Positions 62,101 through 64,000 of a stretch of DNA of 64,000 nucleotides are shown here, in pieces (position 1 is the first letter of the stretch; each line of letters starts with the position of its first letter). Below the pieces are notes generated by a model, which worked only from the letters and a program-made list of their open reading frames with translations, was not told where the DNA came from and did no database searches. Made by a program: the position numbers and the translations under genes. Source of the DNA: Rhizophagus irregularis (lineage: Eukaryota); the NCBI RefSeq assembly GCF_026210795.1, contig NC_089434.1:2542001-2606000 (forward strand), read 5' to 3'.

Positions 62101-64000
62101 TATCGGATGCAAGTTACCCACTTGTCTGAATCTGAATGCCACCTAATAACGAGAAGTATACGATCCGTTGTAAAGCACAAAGCGAACTTTTCTCGTTTTT
62201 TACCCAACCCCATTCTATTTTTGTCCCAAGCTTTGGGCTTGATTAATTTGTTCGCTCATCAACGACAATGTCATATTACTAATTTATTTTTAATGGCTAA
62301 TTCTTCTTCTTCTTTTATTCAATCTCTTTTTATTTACAGATTGTGTTTAATTCAATATAATTTTTTGATTCCTATTTCTCCTTTATTAATTAAGGACTGG
62401 TCTATATGGTCTTCTTTATTTTCTTTTAAGAAAGATTATATCGCATGCACTATTGCTCTTCTAACTTCTACTCCCTTTCGTTTGCTTCATACTCAACTTT
62501 TGAAGCTTCCAAATTTATCCCTACCAGATGGATGCGTTCCTTTATTCGAATGCACGACGCCTAAAGCCTTTAAAGCTTATTTCCCCATTTTGCGAAACGA
62601 CAACTGTTTTATTTATCTCAACTTGTTACTCCTCAAGGAACTCATTTAATTTCTTGGAAGGCTTATTATGACAATTTGGTTGGACGACGTGGCCCTGGCC
62701 GTATCCCTTATTGGTACAAAGATATTCAACAAGTTACCACTATTTCTGACTCCAACAATCGTCTGCTGGATCATTTCACTATTACGCCCAAGATTGTCTC
62801 TTCATCTTATGAATTGGCTCCCTGTTCATCCTCTCCTTCTACTACAAAAATTGGATTGTCACGTTGGACGATTATGGTTCTCCCATCTTTGGCAAACAAC
62901 TCTTGGTCCAAACAAGTCGTGTACTTGTTCTATTGTTCACTGGATTTCTCCTGATTGCGAATCTTCGCCTGGCGATCTCATTAGACTCTCTCCTTGCCCT
63001 GGTTGCGCTGCTTCATACTCCTTTGCCTCCTTCCAAAAAACGGAATGCTGATTTAACCCTTTGTACGCCTACGGTCTCTCTACAACATTCGCTTATTTTG
63101 CCCACTACTAATGAACGAATTAGACGTACTACTTCTGAAGTGGCTTCACCTTTTACTTGGGCTGATATAGAAGATGGTGTCCGTCTTTATTATAGTAGAT
63201 TGGATTTTGATTCCGATTCTTCTTCTGCAGATACCGTTATAGTCTCTAATACTCCGCTCACAATTGAATCCTCGGCTGCTGCTGTCTTTGCAAATTCCCC
63301 GTTGGTCGTTTCCTCGATTCGTGCTATACCTTTTTCTTTTACGCTGATGGGTCTCTTATTAATTTAGGCACTCCCGATGTCTCTATGGGCTGGTCTTGGA
63401 TGCAAATAGTCCCTGATGCAGGTTTTCCTAACTCCATCGCCACTTATGCTCATGGCCTTATACGAGATAATCTCTCTTCTTCTCGAGCTGAGGCTGCTGC
63501 TATATATGCAGTTTTAACTATTTCTCCACGCGACTCAGAAGTTACTATTTATACTGACTCACAAACTGCCATTGATGGCCTTCGAAGTTGTTCTTCTTTT
63601 GTCTACTCAAACAGTCGTCTGTACTACAAAACTACAAATTTTGAGCTTTGGGCGATTATTGAGCGAACCATCCTTTCCAAAAATCTGACAGTTTTTCCTG
63701 TTAAAGTTAAAGCTCACTCCGGCAATTATTTAAACGATTTTGCTGATTCCTTGGCCAATACTGCCCATACCGCGTCATCTAGTATTCTGATCTCCGGAAT
63801 GGACCTGGCCTCTGCTCATGATTTTGTCTTAGTGTATGATAACGATGTTGTTTGTGAATCTAATCCGCGACACCTTCTCAAACTATATTATCAAACGCAG
63901 TTAATGCGTGATTTGTTAAATTTAACGCGTTTTCACTTCACTTCTTTATTGACATCTAATATAGATTATATTATTGACTGGAAATTACTTGGTTTACTTT
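59158..64000 (+). pseudogene. LINE ORF2: APE, RT, RNase H (multiple frameshifts)
   Basis: FNVNGL, GDFN, RVDYVW, SDH; RPITLL, DISKAFD, QGEVISP, FMDD, FLGV; YADGS, RAE, YTDS, KVKAH, ADSLA. Confidence 0.95.

Larger units (their letters stand above)
56838..64000 (+). mobile_element. Second non-LTR retrotransposon family, apparently 5'-complete, running off the window
   Basis: Short 5' UTR, ORF1 and ORF2; homologous to but clearly diverged from the LINE at 14798-20802. Confidence 0.9.

Overview
Very AT-rich eukaryotic DNA with short GT-AG introns, resembling an arbuscular-mycorrhizal (Glomeromycotina, Rhizophagus-like) fungal genome; the taxon is inferred. The window is almost entirely nested transposable elements, with one or two host-type genes: a FANCF-like gene at the left edge and a multi-exon PD-(D/E)xK nuclease-fold gene at about 36.5-39.5 kb. 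It holds two APE-RT-RNaseH-CCHC non-LTR retrotransposons, many non-autonomous DNA transposons with readable TIRs and TSDs (hAT, CACTA/EnSpm, MULE, Harbinger, pogo, Kolobok-like), a RAG1/Transib-like transposase element, and a fragmented Maverick/Polinton-like relic (integrase, A32-like ATPase). Two things stand out. (1) Three DNA-transposon families carry tandem arrays of micro-exon + intron units of unrelated sequence in which both the 5' splice site and the branch point sit in their own hairpin. (2) A LINE and two ~975-bp tRNA-headed non-coding elements are stacked at one site, each delimited by the same 15-bp sequence GGAAAAAGATAAAAC, which suggests a target-specific LINE with a long SINE-like partner RNA. 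All family assignments come from motif recognition by eye; no searches were run.
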